A stretch of 64,000 nt of DNA from an uncultured virus (IMG/VR IMGVR_UViG_3300005193_000001) (Duplodnaviria; Heunggongvirae; Uroviricota; Caudoviricetes): positions 1 to 64,000 of IMG/VR virus record IMGVR_UViG_3300005193_000001; one strand, given 5' to 3'. Position 1 is the first letter of the stretch, and each line of letters begins with the position of its first letter. Positions 19,108 to 29,113 of this stretch are shown piece by piece. Both the position numbers and the translations under genes were made by a program. Below the pieces are notes generated by a model. That model ran no database searches and had not been told where the DNA came from. It was given only the letters and a program-made list of their open reading frames with translations.

Positions 19108-21677
19108 TAGCCGCATTTGCTCCATCCACAGTCCTTGCACTTCAAGCATCCTTCGACGAAAGCGAGACCTTCCTCGCTTCCGCACTCGGGGCAAGATTCC
19201 ATCCCGCCATTTCCGTTGGAGTGGTACTTGCGAAGAGCACGGAGAACCGCCTGATTGAAGCTGGCAACGGAACCTTCGCTCTTGCCAAGTTGCTCGATCA
19301 CGTAGTCAATCTTGGCTCCGTGACGTAGAGCAAGGCTTACCATTCTGGACATGGCACGCATGGTACCGCTTGGAGCGAGCTCCGTAATGTCCTCGATGAT
19401 TTCGTTACCATCGTTGGCAAGAAGCTTGTAGTGCCCACTTCCTACCTTGCGAATAACGCCCTCGTCTACTCCTTGACCGTCATCGTCCACGAAGCGAACG
19501 GAAATTCCGGTGTCTCCTCCGGTCTTGAGAGCGAAGATCTCGTAAGGATCGTCTTCGAGGAACCCAACCAGAATCTTCCAGTTCTCTCCACGGAACCTAA
19601 TCTGGTGAATCTCGCAATCAACGTCCTGTGGACGATCCGGGGCGTCGTTGTGGAGAATGCCGTCGTGATCTTCGTTCCCAACGTCGCTTTCTTCGGATAG
19701 TACAGCCTCTCGACTTCCGGCACGATAGAGCGTGCATCCCTTGCAATCCGATTTCCAACTCTGCATGTAGACGTCGTTAAGAACATCTTTGTCAACGTCT
19801 TCTGGAAGATTAACTGTAACGGAGATCGAGTGATCGATGTGCTTCTGGATTCTGCCTTGAAGCTTGACCTTCGACACCCAATCAACGTCTTCCGTCGTAG
19901 CTCCTTCGTAAGGACTCTCGTTCTTTAGTTCTTGGAGCTCTTCTCGGGCTTCGTCGCTGTCGGCTCTACTAAGACGGTCCTTAACGTCTTCAGGATCGTA
20001 GCCTTTCTTCTTCATCCAGAGCTTGAACTTCTCGTGAAAAACGGGAAACTCCAACCACTCCGTATCGTTTTCGTCCACATAATCGGGCTCAACGTCTTCG
20101 TCGTGGTTGATCTTGCGCTTCCTAAAGTGGAAAGGAGCATAAAGGTTCTCGATTCCAGAGGTAGTCTGGGCGAGAAGACTGACCGTTCCGGTAGGAGCGT
20201 TAGTAAGAATAGAGACGTTACGCCTCCCGTGCTCCGCCATTTCCTCCCAAAGCTCGGGGTCTTCCTCTTTGATTCGAAGAAGGAACGGGTTCTCCTTGTC
20301 GTTCTCGTGGTCCCAAATAGGGAAAGGTCCTCGCTCCTTCGCCAGCTTCACGCTTTCTCTGTACGCCGAAAGCTTCAAGGTCTTGTAGATTTTGTCCGCG
20401 ATTTCGAAAGACTCCTCGCTTCCATAACGAACTCCGAGAGCGGCAAGAACGTCACCAAGAGCCGTAGTGCCGAGTCCGGTTCTTCGGGCCTCAACTGCTC
20501 GTTCTTTGATCCTCTCCCATAGGTTACGTTCGATGTTTTTCACGACTTCGGACTCGTCGTCTTGATTGATCTTTCGGATGATAGCGTTCACCTTTTCAAT
20601 CTCGATCTCTACGATATCGTCCATCATGCGCTGCGACTTCCTCACCTCTTCGGCAAACCTGTCGTAGTCAAATCGAGCGTCGTCTTCGAACGGATTCTCG
20701 ACGTAAGGGAACAGGTTAATAGCCAAAAGCCTGCAGGAATCACCGTCTGGAAGAGGAAGCTCCGCGCAAGGATTCGTGCTGACTTCCTTGTAGCCCTCGT
20801 AATGACTAGCTGGACTTTCTTCCCAAATGCGGTCCATCCAAATCATGCCGGGTTCTCCGCCACGAGCATCGCCTTCGCCGTAGTTGCTTTCCACGATTTC
20901 CTGAAAAAGCTCCTGTGGGTTGATGACCTTGGTGAATTCCGCGTCTTCGGGCTCCGCCTCGATAGGGAACCTAAGCACGTACTCTTCATCTCCACGCTCC
21001 ACGGCTTCCATAAACTCGTCACGCATACGCACGCTTATGTTCGCGCCCGTGACGTTGCCGGGTTCTCGCTTCAGCTTCACAAACTCTTCAATATCAGGGT
21101 GCCGAACGTCAAGCGTGATCATCAAGGCACCCCTTCTTCCGGCCTGTCCTACCTCTTCGGTCGTGCGGCTGAACCTCTTGCAGAAGGTCGTGATTCCGGT
21201 GGACTCTCTGGCGGCGTTATTAACCGCTGCGCCCTGTGGCCGTAGGTGAGAAACGTCGGTTCCACAACCGCCCCTGCGCTTGTATACCTGCGCAAGCTCT
21301 TGATCGGTCTTCATGATGTTGCCGTAGGAATCGTCGTCCGTCTCTCTGATCACAAAGCAGTTGCTCGTGCTCATAAGTTGGAAAGGATTCCCAACGGCGG
21401 ACATTGGCGATCCCTGTGGAATCGGTCCTTCGAAATCCCTCAGCAGGGAGAAGAGTTCAGATTCCGGGGTCGGATTCGGAAATTTTCTTTCTACCCTGCC
21501 GAACTCTTTGGTAAGGCGTTTGTGCATGTCGTCGGGGTCCTTCTCAAAAAGGTTCCCCTCAGCGTCTTGGAGTGCGTATTTTTTCAAGAACGTAGAAGCC
21601 TCCATATGGCTCCCGTTGTAGTATTCGAGACTTTCTTGCAAAGCTTCGTCGTAAGAATAAACGTCTTGTAGATCCAT
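19107..21677 (-). CDS. nrdJ: ribonucleotide reductase class II (adenosylcobalamin-dependent)
   Basis: SNCFV, RRGALM, TNPCAE, APTGT, SISVTVNLP; C-terminal zinc ribbon CPEC...EGC..C..CGWSKCG. Confidence 0.92.
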   Translation of the reverse strand: MDLQDVYSYDEALQESLEYYNGSHMEASTFLKKYALQDAEGNLFEKDPDDMHKRLTKEFGRVERKFPNPTPESELFSLLRDFEGPIPQGSPMSAVGNPFQLMSTSNCFVIRETDDDSYGNIMKTDQELAQVYKRRGGCGTDVSHLRPQGAAVNNAARESTGITTFCKRFSRTTEEVGQAGRRGALMITLDVRHPDIEEFVKLKREPGNVTGANISVRMRDEFMEAVERGDEEYVLRFPIEAEPEDAEFTKVINPQELFQEIVESNYGEGDARGGEPGMIWMDRIWEESPASHYEGYKEVSTNPCAELPLPDGDSCRLLAINLFPYVENPFEDDARFDYDRFAEEVRKSQRMMDDIVEIEIEKVNAIIRKINQDDESEVVKNIERNLWERIKERAVEARRTGLGTTALGDVLAALGVRYGSEESFEIADKIYKTLKLSAYRESVKLAKERGPFPIWDHENDKENPFLLRIKEEDPELWEEMAEHGRRNVSILTNAPTGTVSLLAQTTSGIENLYAPFHFRKRKINHDEDVEPDYVDENDTEWLEFPVFHEKFKLWMKKKGYDPEDVKDRLSRADSDEAREELQELKNESPYEGATTEDVDWVSKVKLQGRIQKHIDHSISVTVNLPEDVDKDVLNDVYMQSWKSDCKGCTLYRAGSREAVLSEESDVGNEDHDGILHNDAPDRPQDVDCEIHQIRFRGENWKILVGFLEDDPYEIFALKTGGDTGISVRFVDDDGQGVDEGVIRKVGSGHYKLLANDGNEIIEDITELAPSGTMRAMSRMVSLALRHGAKIDYVIEQLGKSEGSVASFNQAVLRALRKYHSNGNGGMESCPECGSEEGLAFVEGCLKCKDCGWSKCG

Positions 21678-21716
21678 GCTTCTTTAATTCTTTTTTATTT
21701 TGAAATTCTGAAAGAT

Positions 21717-24158
21717 TCAGGACTTCTCTATGAGAGACTGAGAACCCTCGTTCTCGTTCATAGATTTGTCCATCTTGTACTCTTGATAGGCTTTTGAAAT
21801 TTCCTCTCTCTGTGCTTGACCCTCGCTTTTGTTCATCTTCGCCAACAGACGCTTACCCTTGTCGCTTTCGGGGTCGAGAACGTTGATGGTCCCGGTAGAG
21901 GTGGACATGAGAGCGGGATAAGTCTTGCCATCGGGACCGAATCTAGACTTGGCGACGTGAATCCTGGCAGTATCGGTAAGCTTGTTCGTGTCCGTGCGAG
22001 CCAAGGTAGCCATAAAGTCCGCGTTCATAGCCTTCTTCCAACTATCCGCGATTCTATCTTTCTTGACGATCTTGTCCCCAACGGCTGATCTCTGCGTCTG
22101 AGAAACGGTCCATATAGGAACTCCGAGTTCACCTCCGAGACGCCTGAGGTCTTTGTAAATGTTGCCCATCGTCCCATAGGCGTCGTCCTCTCTTTGCGTC
22201 TTCAAAGGCCGAAGAAGGTCGGCATAGTCAAGGATAACGAGATCCGGCTTCCACTTCACAACACCCATTCTTTCAAGATGGGAATAGAGCGTTTGAGTTG
22301 TGGCACCGTTAGCTGGCCAGTGTTGGATGGAGACGTTTCCCGGCACGAATTTAAGTGCCTCCTTCACGTCTTCTTTATTCTCTGTAATCTCGTTCGGTGG
22401 ATGACCGGAGAAGATAGAATCGTATCGAAACCCGGTCTGCTTCTCCGAAAGCTCCAAGGTGTAATGAACGACCTTGAAGTCTTTTTTCATGGCTTCGGAG
22501 CCAATGTGCGAGAGAGCCCAAGTCTTCCCGGAGTTGTGGTGGACCGTGAAGTCGGCGGTCATGTACAGGTGGTCCCGGTCAAGCAGGAACCCGTAGTAGT
22601 CGCCGTGTCCCACGGGCTCGATGCTGAACCCGGTCCTGAGGCAGTTCTTCTCCGATTTCCTCTCCCGTGACTGCTTTCGTTCGAGTCTGCACAGCATGTC
22701 GTCGTCGATCCCGGTCACATATGCCCTGTAATACTCGCCGCCCCGGATATGTTTGGTTCCTCTGGACACCCGGTAGCCAAGGCTCCGTGCTATGAACGTC
22801 ACGTCGTCCGCCAACTTCTCGGACGCGGAGACGTAATCGTATCCGTTCTTGCTCAGGTGGGCGTCGGCGTCGAACAGGCCAGCAAGGAAGGTCCTTCTGA
22901 CTTCGGGGGAACCGTACTTGTACTTGTCCGGCACGAACTTGTCCTCGCTTCCTTTGCCGTAGAGCCCAAGGGTACGCACGCCATCGAGGACGGGGTCGCC
23001 CTTGTGGTCATTGGTGATAGGGACCACGTAGTTGCCATCGTCCCTCGTCTTAAACCCAACGTCCATACCGTGGTCGGCCTCGCAGTGCTCCATTAGATAG
23101 TCTCTAATGGTCTCGTCTCCCGTCGTGACGGAGAAGTTGTGACCCGTGAAGCAACCGTCACCGACCAGAAGGCCAATGAGGTAGGGGTCAAGCTCGTACT
23201 TGTAGTCCTCAGAACCCTCGAAGGTATCGACGGGCTTGCGGCGAAGCTTGTGGACATGCTGGAACTGGTTAGATTTCTCGATGTACTCGCCCACCGTCAC
23301 GTTCACCACACCACCTTTGCCGTGGCTGTATCCGTCGCTGCTGTTGACGAGCGAAAGCACATGGTCCTTGTTCACCACGAACGGCTCTCCACCACGGTTG
23401 GGCGTGATCTCGTACATCTGCTGCTCTCCCCGGCGAAGCTCCTTGACTTCTCTTGGACTGGAATCGGGTCCCATGAGCTTGTCACCGACCGCCACATTCT
23501 CGACCTTTTTGACTGTGCCGTCGTACATCATGATCTCCGTACCAGCGGCGTGACAGCCCGTGGCTCCCATAAGAACTCCGATCTCTCCCGGAGCAAGTCC
23601 TCCATCCAAAGCTTGATCGTCTAAAACTGGCCATCCAGTAGGTATCGTGTCACGGGCAACGCCTTCCATTCTGGAATCAACGTCCTCCATGTAGTCGTGA
23701 CCGACTTCTCGACTGACTCCAGCGGAAAGAGCTTCGTTAAACTTGGAGCGGATAGTTCCGTATTCTCCGGAATCAATCAGGGGGATGCAGTCCTGGACGG
23801 TCTTTCGAACCTTCTGCTGCTTGCAGAATTCGAGAAAATTCTCCTTCACCCAATCGAGGTCTGGAGATTTCTTTTTCTCCCAAGCCTTACGAAGATTCTC
23901 CATAATCGAAGCTTGCATGGAATCGGAAGGCACGGATTGGATTTCGGTCTGAAAATACTCAAGTTCCGGTACCTCCTTGTACTCTTCGTAGAATCGAAGT
24001 ACGCGACCTACAATCCACTGCTTTCCTTTCCCATCAAAATACTGCGGTTCTAAAATGTCAATGATTCGCTCCAGAAAAGCCTTGTCGGAAAGAATGGCTC
24101 CGATGGCCTTTATCTGAAACCGAGTGCCATATTTTTCTGACAGCTTTTGTTCACTCAT
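21717..24158 (-). CDS. replicative DNA helicase (DnaB/gp41-like) containing an intein
   Basis: IPTGW..LD...GGL..GE, Walker A GATG|SGKT split by an insert, HYTLE, ILDYADL, SQTQR, KSRFG. Confidence 0.93.
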   Translation of the reverse strand: MSEQKLSEKYGTRFQIKAIGAILSDKAFLERIIDILEPQYFDGKGKQWIVGRVLRFYEEYKEVPELEYFQTEIQSVPSDSMQASIMENLRKAWEKKKSPDLDWVKENFLEFCKQQKVRKTVQDCIPLIDSGEYGTIRSKFNEALSAGVSREVGHDYMEDVDSRMEGVARDTIPTGWPVLDDQALDGGLAPGEIGVLMGATGCHAAGTEIMMYDGTVKKVENVAVGDKLMGPDSSPREVKELRRGEQQMYEITPNRGGEPFVVNKDHVLSLVNSSDGYSHGKGGVVNVTVGEYIEKSNQFQHVHKLRRKPVDTFEGSEDYKYELDPYLIGLLVGDGCFTGHNFSVTTGDETIRDYLMEHCEADHGMDVGFKTRDDGNYVVPITNDHKGDPVLDGVRTLGLYGKGSEDKFVPDKYKYGSPEVRRTFLAGLFDADAHLSKNGYDYVSASEKLADDVTFIARSLGYRVSRGTKHIRGGEYYRAYVTGIDDDMLCRLERKQSRERKSEKNCLRTGFSIEPVGHGDYYGFLLDRDHLYMTADFTVHHNSGKTWALSHIGSEAMKKDFKVVHYTLELSEKQTGFRYDSIFSGHPPNEITENKEDVKEALKFVPGNVSIQHWPANGATTQTLYSHLERMGVVKWKPDLVILDYADLLRPLKTQREDDAYGTMGNIYKDLRRLGGELGVPIWTVSQTQRSAVGDKIVKKDRIADSWKKAMNADFMATLARTDTNKLTDTARIHVAKSRFGPDGKTYPALMSTSTGTINVLDPESDKGKRLLAKMNKSEGQAQREEISKAYQEYKMDKSMNENEGSQSLIEKS
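22533..23555 (-). mobile_element. intein (341 aa) with LAGLIDADG homing endonuclease, inserted in the helicase P-loop
   Basis: Starts CHAAGT, ends VHHN followed by Ser; LIGLLVGDG and FLAGLFDADA blocks; visibly higher GC than the flanks. Confidence 0.93.
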
Positions 24159-24164
24159 ACACTA

Positions 24165-25214
24165 CTAATTTCGTTTACGCATTCTATTCAAATCAGCGAA
24201 GGTGGTCTTAAGCCAACTGTCCATTCCGTTGATAGCGGCCCACATCTGGTCTTTCATGAACAACTCACGAAAACACTGCTTATCGAGCTTCGGTATGTCT
24301 TCTTCCGCTATGTCGATAATCTGGGCCTTCTTCTCCGCGCCAATATCAACATCGTAGAGTTGCATAAGCTTCCAATTTCGGCGGAGAATATCTTCGTTGT
24401 CCACGACCTTTTCGTAGATTCTGCTTTCATCGAGCCTTTCCTTAGAGAATTCAACAACGTCATCAACGGTCTGTGGCTCTTCGTCATGCACGATCTCTCC
24501 GAGGTGCTTCTGGACCCTCTTTTCACCGATACCGTGAACGCCGGGTATAGAATCGCTCTTGTCTCCGTCTATCATTCTCCAGATCACGAAATTGCGTGGA
24601 GGAACTTGGTACTCTTCCACGACTTCTTCGGGACCGTACACGGTCTTTTTTGTCGGGCTCCACACCTCCGTGCTGTCGTCAACGAGTTGCAGAAAGTCTT
24701 TGTCCGTTGACATGATAGTGACCTCGTGCTCGTCTTCCTCGTAAACCTGCCTGGAAAGATAAGCTATGACGTCGTCCGCTTCGATGTGGTCAATAGACAT
24801 GAGAGTAACGGGAAGGCAGTTGAGGTACTCAACGGTGCGGAAAACCTCTCGCCTCATAGCCTCGTCTTCGTCCTCGTCTTCGAAATCGTAGTACCTGTTG
24901 TAGTCCGTGCCACTACGACCGGACTTGTAGCCACCAAATATCTTTTTCCTACGCTTGCTACCACCTTTTCCGTCGAATACAACAATACATCTGGTGGGGC
25001 TAAACTTGCGAATAGCGCTGCCTATGGACTTCAAGCAACCTCCGATACCACCGATATGAATGCCCTTGTTGTTTCTCGTAGGAGATACGGCGAACGATCT
25101 GATAAAGGTGTTAAGACCGTCTATAGTGAGAATACGGTCGTTTTTCCCTCTATCGGACTTGTTCTCGTGGGCCTCTTCAACCCGATTCAGTATCTTTTGA
25201 TATTCGTCTTTCAT
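24165..25214 (-). CDS. 5'-3' exonuclease / flap endonuclease (T4 RNase H / Pol I 5' nuclease family)
   Basis: IDGLN, VVFDG, YKSGR, EADDVI, STDKDFLQL, GDKSD.IPGV.GIGEK. Confidence 0.93.
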   Translation of the reverse strand: MKDEYQKILNRVEEAHENKSDRGKNDRILTIDGLNTFIRSFAVSPTRNNKGIHIGGIGGCLKSIGSAIRKFSPTRCIVVFDGKGGSKRRKKIFGGYKSGRSGTDYNRYYDFEDEDEDEAMRREVFRTVEYLNCLPVTLMSIDHIEADDVIAYLSRQVYEEDEHEVTIMSTDKDFLQLVDDSTEVWSPTKKTVYGPEEVVEEYQVPPRNFVIWRMIDGDKSDSIPGVHGIGEKRVQKHLGEIVHDEEPQTVDDVVEFSKERLDESRIYEKVVDNEDILRRNWKLMQLYDVDIGAEKKAQIIDIAEEDIPKLDKQCFRELFMKDQMWAAINGMDSWLKTTFADLNRMRKRN

Positions 25215-25240
25215 GAGAAAAGTTAGCTTTGGAGTTGAAT

Positions 25241-25276
25241 AGGAAGGGCCGCCCTAGTATGTAGGACGGCCCATCC
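25241..25276 (-). terminator. GC-rich hairpin after uvsX
   Basis: GGGCCGTCCTA-CATAC-TAGGGCGGCCC followed by TTCCTATT. Confidence 0.55.
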
Positions 25277-25281
25277 GCCGA

Positions 25282-26442
25282 TCAGTCTTGTCCTTCACCT
25301 TGGTATTCGGTGTCTGATCGGTCAACCCATCCCTCTTCGTACTCATGGACTAGGGTATCTTTGAGAAGCCTTTCCATTTCCTCTCGAAGCTCGGGGTCCT
25401 TGTGGAGCTTGTTAGCGAATCCGCCCTCCTTCTGGACCTTGAGAGGCTCGTCGTCGCCGTCTTCGTAGAGATCGGACTTCAAGTAATACTCCTTCTCGTC
25501 CGGGTCTTTGCGAACCTTGTACCAACCACCGCTGTTGTGATCCATGTAGCCAGCATCTTTGAGAGGTTGCCACCAACTACTGTAGTCGTCGATTCCGTTC
25601 GTGAAGTAGAGATCGAACGAGCAACGTCGCTCCGGTGGAGCAAGCCTGTTCTTCACCACCTTCGGTCTGATTTCCGCTCCGACAACTTCTCCGCCGTCCG
25701 TGATGGACTTCGATCCTCTCATGTGAACTTGGACGCTGGCGTGGAAATCAACTGCCTTTCCACCGGGCGTGACGTGAGGATCGCCGTACATGACTTCGGG
25801 ATCGACCCTCACCTGATTAGTGAAGAGAAGAAGAACGTCTTCACGGCTCGTGATGCCCGTTATCTTCCTCATAGCCTGAGAGAGAACGATGGCCTTGTCG
25901 GTGTTGTACCCTTCCTGCTCGAAATTGCTCTCGATTTCGTTTTTCGGAACCGCTCCAGCGAGAGAATCAACGACAACCGTGACTGGCTTATCCTCGTCGT
26001 TTTCCTTCGTCTTTTCAATCACGGTTTCCACCATTTCGAAAATGTCTTCGAGCCTGTTCTCAGCGACGTAGAGAAAGTCGCCCGAAGGATCAATGCCGAT
26101 GGTCTGGAGAAAGTCAAAGTCTGCTGCGTGCTCAGTGTCAATGTAAACCGCTGCACCACCCATCTGCTGACAGTTCGCCATGGCGTGACTCGCGATCAAG
26201 CTTTTACCGCTTCCGCTTTCTCCGAAAATCTCGACGATCTTTCCGCAAGGAAATCCTCCACCGTCGCGCTTGTTAGAAATGATCGTGTCCAGAACGGTAG
26301 ATCCGCTTGGAATCCAATGCTTGATTTCTGATGGGCTCTCTTTATCGTCAAGCCTGTATGCTACCTTTCGTCCTTTGTCTCCTGAACTCTTGCTGTTGAT
26401 TGACTGAGATATTGCGGTTGTAAGGTCTCTTTCATTTGCCAT
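25282..26442 (-). CDS. uvsX: RecA/UvsX recombinase
   Basis: GKIVEIFGESGSGKS, YIDTE, VVDSL, NQVR, TPGGKA..FHAS, VVKNR.APP. Confidence 0.93.
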   Translation of the reverse strand: MANERDLTTAISQSINSKSSGDKGRKVAYRLDDKESPSEIKHWIPSGSTVLDTIISNKRDGGGFPCGKIVEIFGESGSGKSLIASHAMANCQQMGGAAVYIDTEHAADFDFLQTIGIDPSGDFLYVAENRLEDIFEMVETVIEKTKENDEDKPVTVVVDSLAGAVPKNEIESNFEQEGYNTDKAIVLSQAMRKITGITSREDVLLLFTNQVRVDPEVMYGDPHVTPGGKAVDFHASVQVHMRGSKSITDGGEVVGAEIRPKVVKNRLAPPERRCSFDLYFTNGIDDYSSWWQPLKDAGYMDHNSGGWYKVRKDPDEKEYYLKSDLYEDGDDEPLKVQKEGGFANKLHKDPELREEMERLLKDTLVHEYEEGWVDRSDTEYQGEGQD

Positions 26443-26475
26443 ATTGATATGTCGTTTTGATATTGTTGATTCATT

Positions 26476-26510
26476 AAAAAAGGGGACGCGACCACGCGGT
26501 CACGCCCCCC
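26476..26510 (-). terminator. intrinsic terminator after the SSB gene
   Basis: GGGGCGTGACC-GCGT-GGTCGCGTCCCC followed by TTTTTT. Confidence 0.75.
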
Positions 26511-26546
26511 TCTGGACGTTCTTAGGAGGACAAACTACCCGTCTCT

Positions 26547-27383
26547 TTAGTCAAACATGTCGTCGAACTCGTCCTCGAAGTTGGCAGAATCCGTGGACTC
26601 GTCGTCGCTTCCACCACCACTGCTGCTGGAAGAGGAAGAAGCGGTAGGAGACTCTTCCTCTTCTTCATCCTCGTCTTCGCCTCGAAGGTAATCCTCAAGT
26701 GCGCCTTGGAGATCCTCTTCGGTGGGAACGTCGAAGACGTCCGTGATGGGTACCTGACTGTCGAAGAACTCTCGAAGCTTGTCTTCACCCTCAGCGAGAG
26801 GAGAGGTGACGGGCTTCGGGTCAACCCTCGTCTTCGGGAAGTTGGTGTCGGACTGAGCACGGGGAATGTACGTAACCTTAATGTCTCGGCCTTCGTGCGG
26901 ATCCGAAAGGTCTCCCCAATCGTCGTCGTTGAACTTCGTCAAAAGCTCCTCGAAGATGGTCTTGCCAAAGCCCCAGAACCGGACTCCTTGATCCTCTTCG
27001 CCGCGAACCACGACGGGGGCAAATGTCCTGCGCTTCGGGAACAAGGTCTTCCACATTTCGTAACCCTTCTGTCCCTTCTCGCGACGGACCTCGTTCGCGA
27101 AGTCTGCGATGGGATCTTCTCGGTCAACGAACTGGCCAGCCTGCTCGCTCGGGCCGGGGAAGGTCTCTACGTCGTCGAAAGAAATGGGAGACAGGAAGTT
27201 AGGCTGTCCTGGAAGCTCGTAGTGAAAGTAAAGCTCGATGAACGGGAAGTCCTTCTGCCACCTGTAAGGAACGAGACGAACGATTTGGTCTCCCTCGTCA
27301 GGCTTCCAAAGGTTATTAGATTTGCTCCCGCTGCTTCTGAGATTCTGAAGCTTCTTCTTGATACGGTCTTTGTTAATTGCCAT
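26547..27383 (-). CDS. single-stranded DNA-binding protein (gp32-like)
   Basis: LWKP..G...VRLVP, FIELYFHY, PVVVRG, FWGFGKTI, D..EGRDI; acidic tail ending FDDMFD. Confidence 0.85.
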   Translation of the reverse strand: MAINKDRIKKKLQNLRSSGSKSNNLWKPDEGDQIVRLVPYRWQKDFPFIELYFHYELPGQPNFLSPISFDDVETFPGPSEQAGQFVDREDPIADFANEVRREKGQKGYEMWKTLFPKRRTFAPVVVRGEEDQGVRFWGFGKTIFEELLTKFNDDDWGDLSDPHEGRDIKVTYIPRAQSDTNFPKTRVDPKPVTSPLAEGEDKLREFFDSQVPITDVFDVPTEEDLQGALEDYLRGEDEDEEEEESPTASSSSSSSGGGSDDESTDSANFEDEFDDMFD

Positions 27384-27647
27384 AAGGTTATAGCTGAGTT
27401 ATTTGTAATTCGGTATCTGTAATTAGTTATTAGTAATTGGTAAATGCGCATCGAGAAAAGGACCCTCTCGAATGCGCTTTTAAATATAAGGACGACACAA
27501 CCGAATTCGGGGGGGTCGTCGGACCTTTCCGAAGGCTTCAACTCGCCTTCAAGAGTTCTTCACGAGAGTCCGTTTACAGACATTTGGTCATGTAGCGAGA
27601 AATGGTGCCACACACCAGCTTCTTGATAGGGCGCTCTCGCTTAAGAT

Positions 27648-27905
27648 TTAGTCTCCGCTCCGCCCAGACGTGGGTGGAACGGGGGTGCCATCGCTTTTGG
27701 GAAGTGAATCCGGCTTTTTGGGCTTATGTCCACCACGGTTAGTCGGATAGGCCCTCGTCGTGCGGTATTCAATGTGGCCGCACTTTACACAAGTTCTAAA
27801 CTGACAGCCCTTGTTTTCTTTGGGAGAAAGACCTTCCCAAACCGTGTACTGATGCCAACAGCCGTCAAATACCCAACCAGCGAAAGAAGAAAAGAAACTA
27901 CCCAT
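27648..27905 (-). CDS. hypothetical protein (C.H...RTC.KCG)
   Basis: Overlaps the IF1 stop codon. Confidence 0.5.
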   Translation of the reverse strand: MGSFFSSFAGWVFDGCWHQYTVWEGLSPKENKGCQFRTCVKCGHIEYRTTRAYPTNRGGHKPKKPDSLPKSDGTPVPPTSGRSGD

Positions 27906-28123
27906 TATGAATGTCGATAGGTGACGTACGCTTTGTCAAGGTCGTAAGGAGAGAATTCGAGAGTGACTTCGTCTCCGGGAAGAACGTCGATATGATTCCG
28001 TTTCATCTTTCCTGACAAAATTCCCAGGACCTCCTTACCATTAGAATTGACTTCAACCCTAAACTGCTGATTTGGAAGCTTTTTGAGGACTGTTCCTCGT
28101 TTTTCTATCTTGTCTTCTGACAT
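27905..28123 (-). CDS. infA: translation initiation factor IF-1
   Basis: 72 aa; G.V...LPN..FRV...SGKM..N.I.VLPGD.V..E.SPYDL. Confidence 0.92.
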   Translation of the reverse strand: MSEDKIEKRGTVLKKLPNQQFRVEVNSNGKEVLGILSGKMKRNHIDVLPGDEVTLEFSPYDLDKAYVTYRHS

Positions 28124-28130
28124 ATTTCGT

Positions 28131-28487
28131 TTATGCTTTTAATTCAGATGCCTCGACTCTGTAGGCAGAGACGATTCGTGCGATTTTGTTGACGTGCTTT
28201 TGAAGCTGGTCCACGTTTCGTACCACATCGTCGGCTTCGTCAAGCTCTATAAGTTCTCGTCTAATCTCAGAGACGCTTCCGTCGATCCTCTTAATTTCTT
28301 CATCAATCCTGTTCAACTCGCCTCGTCTTTCTTCCACCAGTTCGGTAACTATGGCACAGAGCTTCAGGAAATTTTCTCGATTAAGATCTGGAGGATCGAT
28401 AATATCGTCCGGCTTCAGATCGTCAATCTTTCCCATTATCGGAACATCGATATCGGGAGGTATGTTAGAGATTTCGTTTCTACTCAT
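28131..28487 (-). CDS. hypothetical coiled-coil protein
   Basis: ORF in the operon. Confidence 0.55.
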   Translation of the reverse strand: MSRNEISNIPPDIDVPIMGKIDDLKPDDIIDPPDLNRENFLKLCAIVTELVEERRGELNRIDEEIKRIDGSVSEIRRELIELDEADDVVRNVDQLQKHVNKIARIVSAYRVEASELKA

Positions 28488-28571
28488 AGACCTGACGCTT
28501 TGAGATACAGACGTGTACGTGCTAGAGCGTTCGTGCGCGGACTAAAAGAAAAGAAAAGGGCTTAGTACCGA

Positions 28572-28859
28572 CTATGGTTGAACGTCGAATCCGAAGTTTT
28601 CTTGGAGCTTTTGTACCTTTTGGGCAAGCTCGTAATCCTCTCGGTCGATGGCGTCTCGTTTTAGAGACTGGACGCCTTCTTCTGCCTTGTTGAGCTCGGC
28701 GGTAACTGTGATTTCTTCGCTCTCTATGATGACATAATTCTCTACGTCATTTTCAAGCACATACTCCCAGCTTTTCAGAATGTGTCTTCCAACCTCATCT
28801 GGGTTTTCTTCCAACCACCGTTCCAATGTTTCGACCGATTCGAAAGTTTTCGGATCCAT
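28572..28859 (-). CDS. protein with C-terminal UVR (UvrB/C) motif
   Basis: AIDREDYELAQKV; start likely MDPKT. Confidence 0.55.
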   Translation of the reverse strand: MDPKTFESVETLERWLEENPDEVGRHILKSWEYVLENDVENYVIIESEEITVTAELNKAEEGVQSLKRDAIDREDYELAQKVQKLQENFGFDVQP

Positions 28860-28860
28860 A

Positions 28861-29079
28861 TCAAAAGTGAATACGAGAACGAGCAAATTCCCAGTCTCCT
28901 TCTTCGTTCTGATTTCGATAACAACCAATTTCTCCGCAGATCTTTTCTGTGTACTGCTCTTCGGTTTCCACGAAATCAGCGTCTTCGAGAAGAAGCTGGA
29001 CGGTCTCGGACTTTAATGTAGCTTTGCCTTCCCAACGAATCTCAGACTTGAGATCGTCAATGAGTTCTTCTTGAGTCAT
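28861..29079 (-). CDS. hypothetical protein
   Basis: Start likely MTQEE. Confidence 0.5.
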   Translation of the reverse strand: MTQEELIDDLKSEIRWEGKATLKSETVQLLLEDADFVETEEQYTEKICGEIGCYRNQNEEGDWEFARSRIHF

Positions 29080-29113
29080 AACCTTTTCTATCTTGTGCGA
29101 AAACTGAAACAAA

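Noticed and set aside
19107..21677. Intein or intron in nrdJ (also considered for polB and uvsX)
   Set aside because: Lengths are ordinary and no C...HN splice motifs were seen
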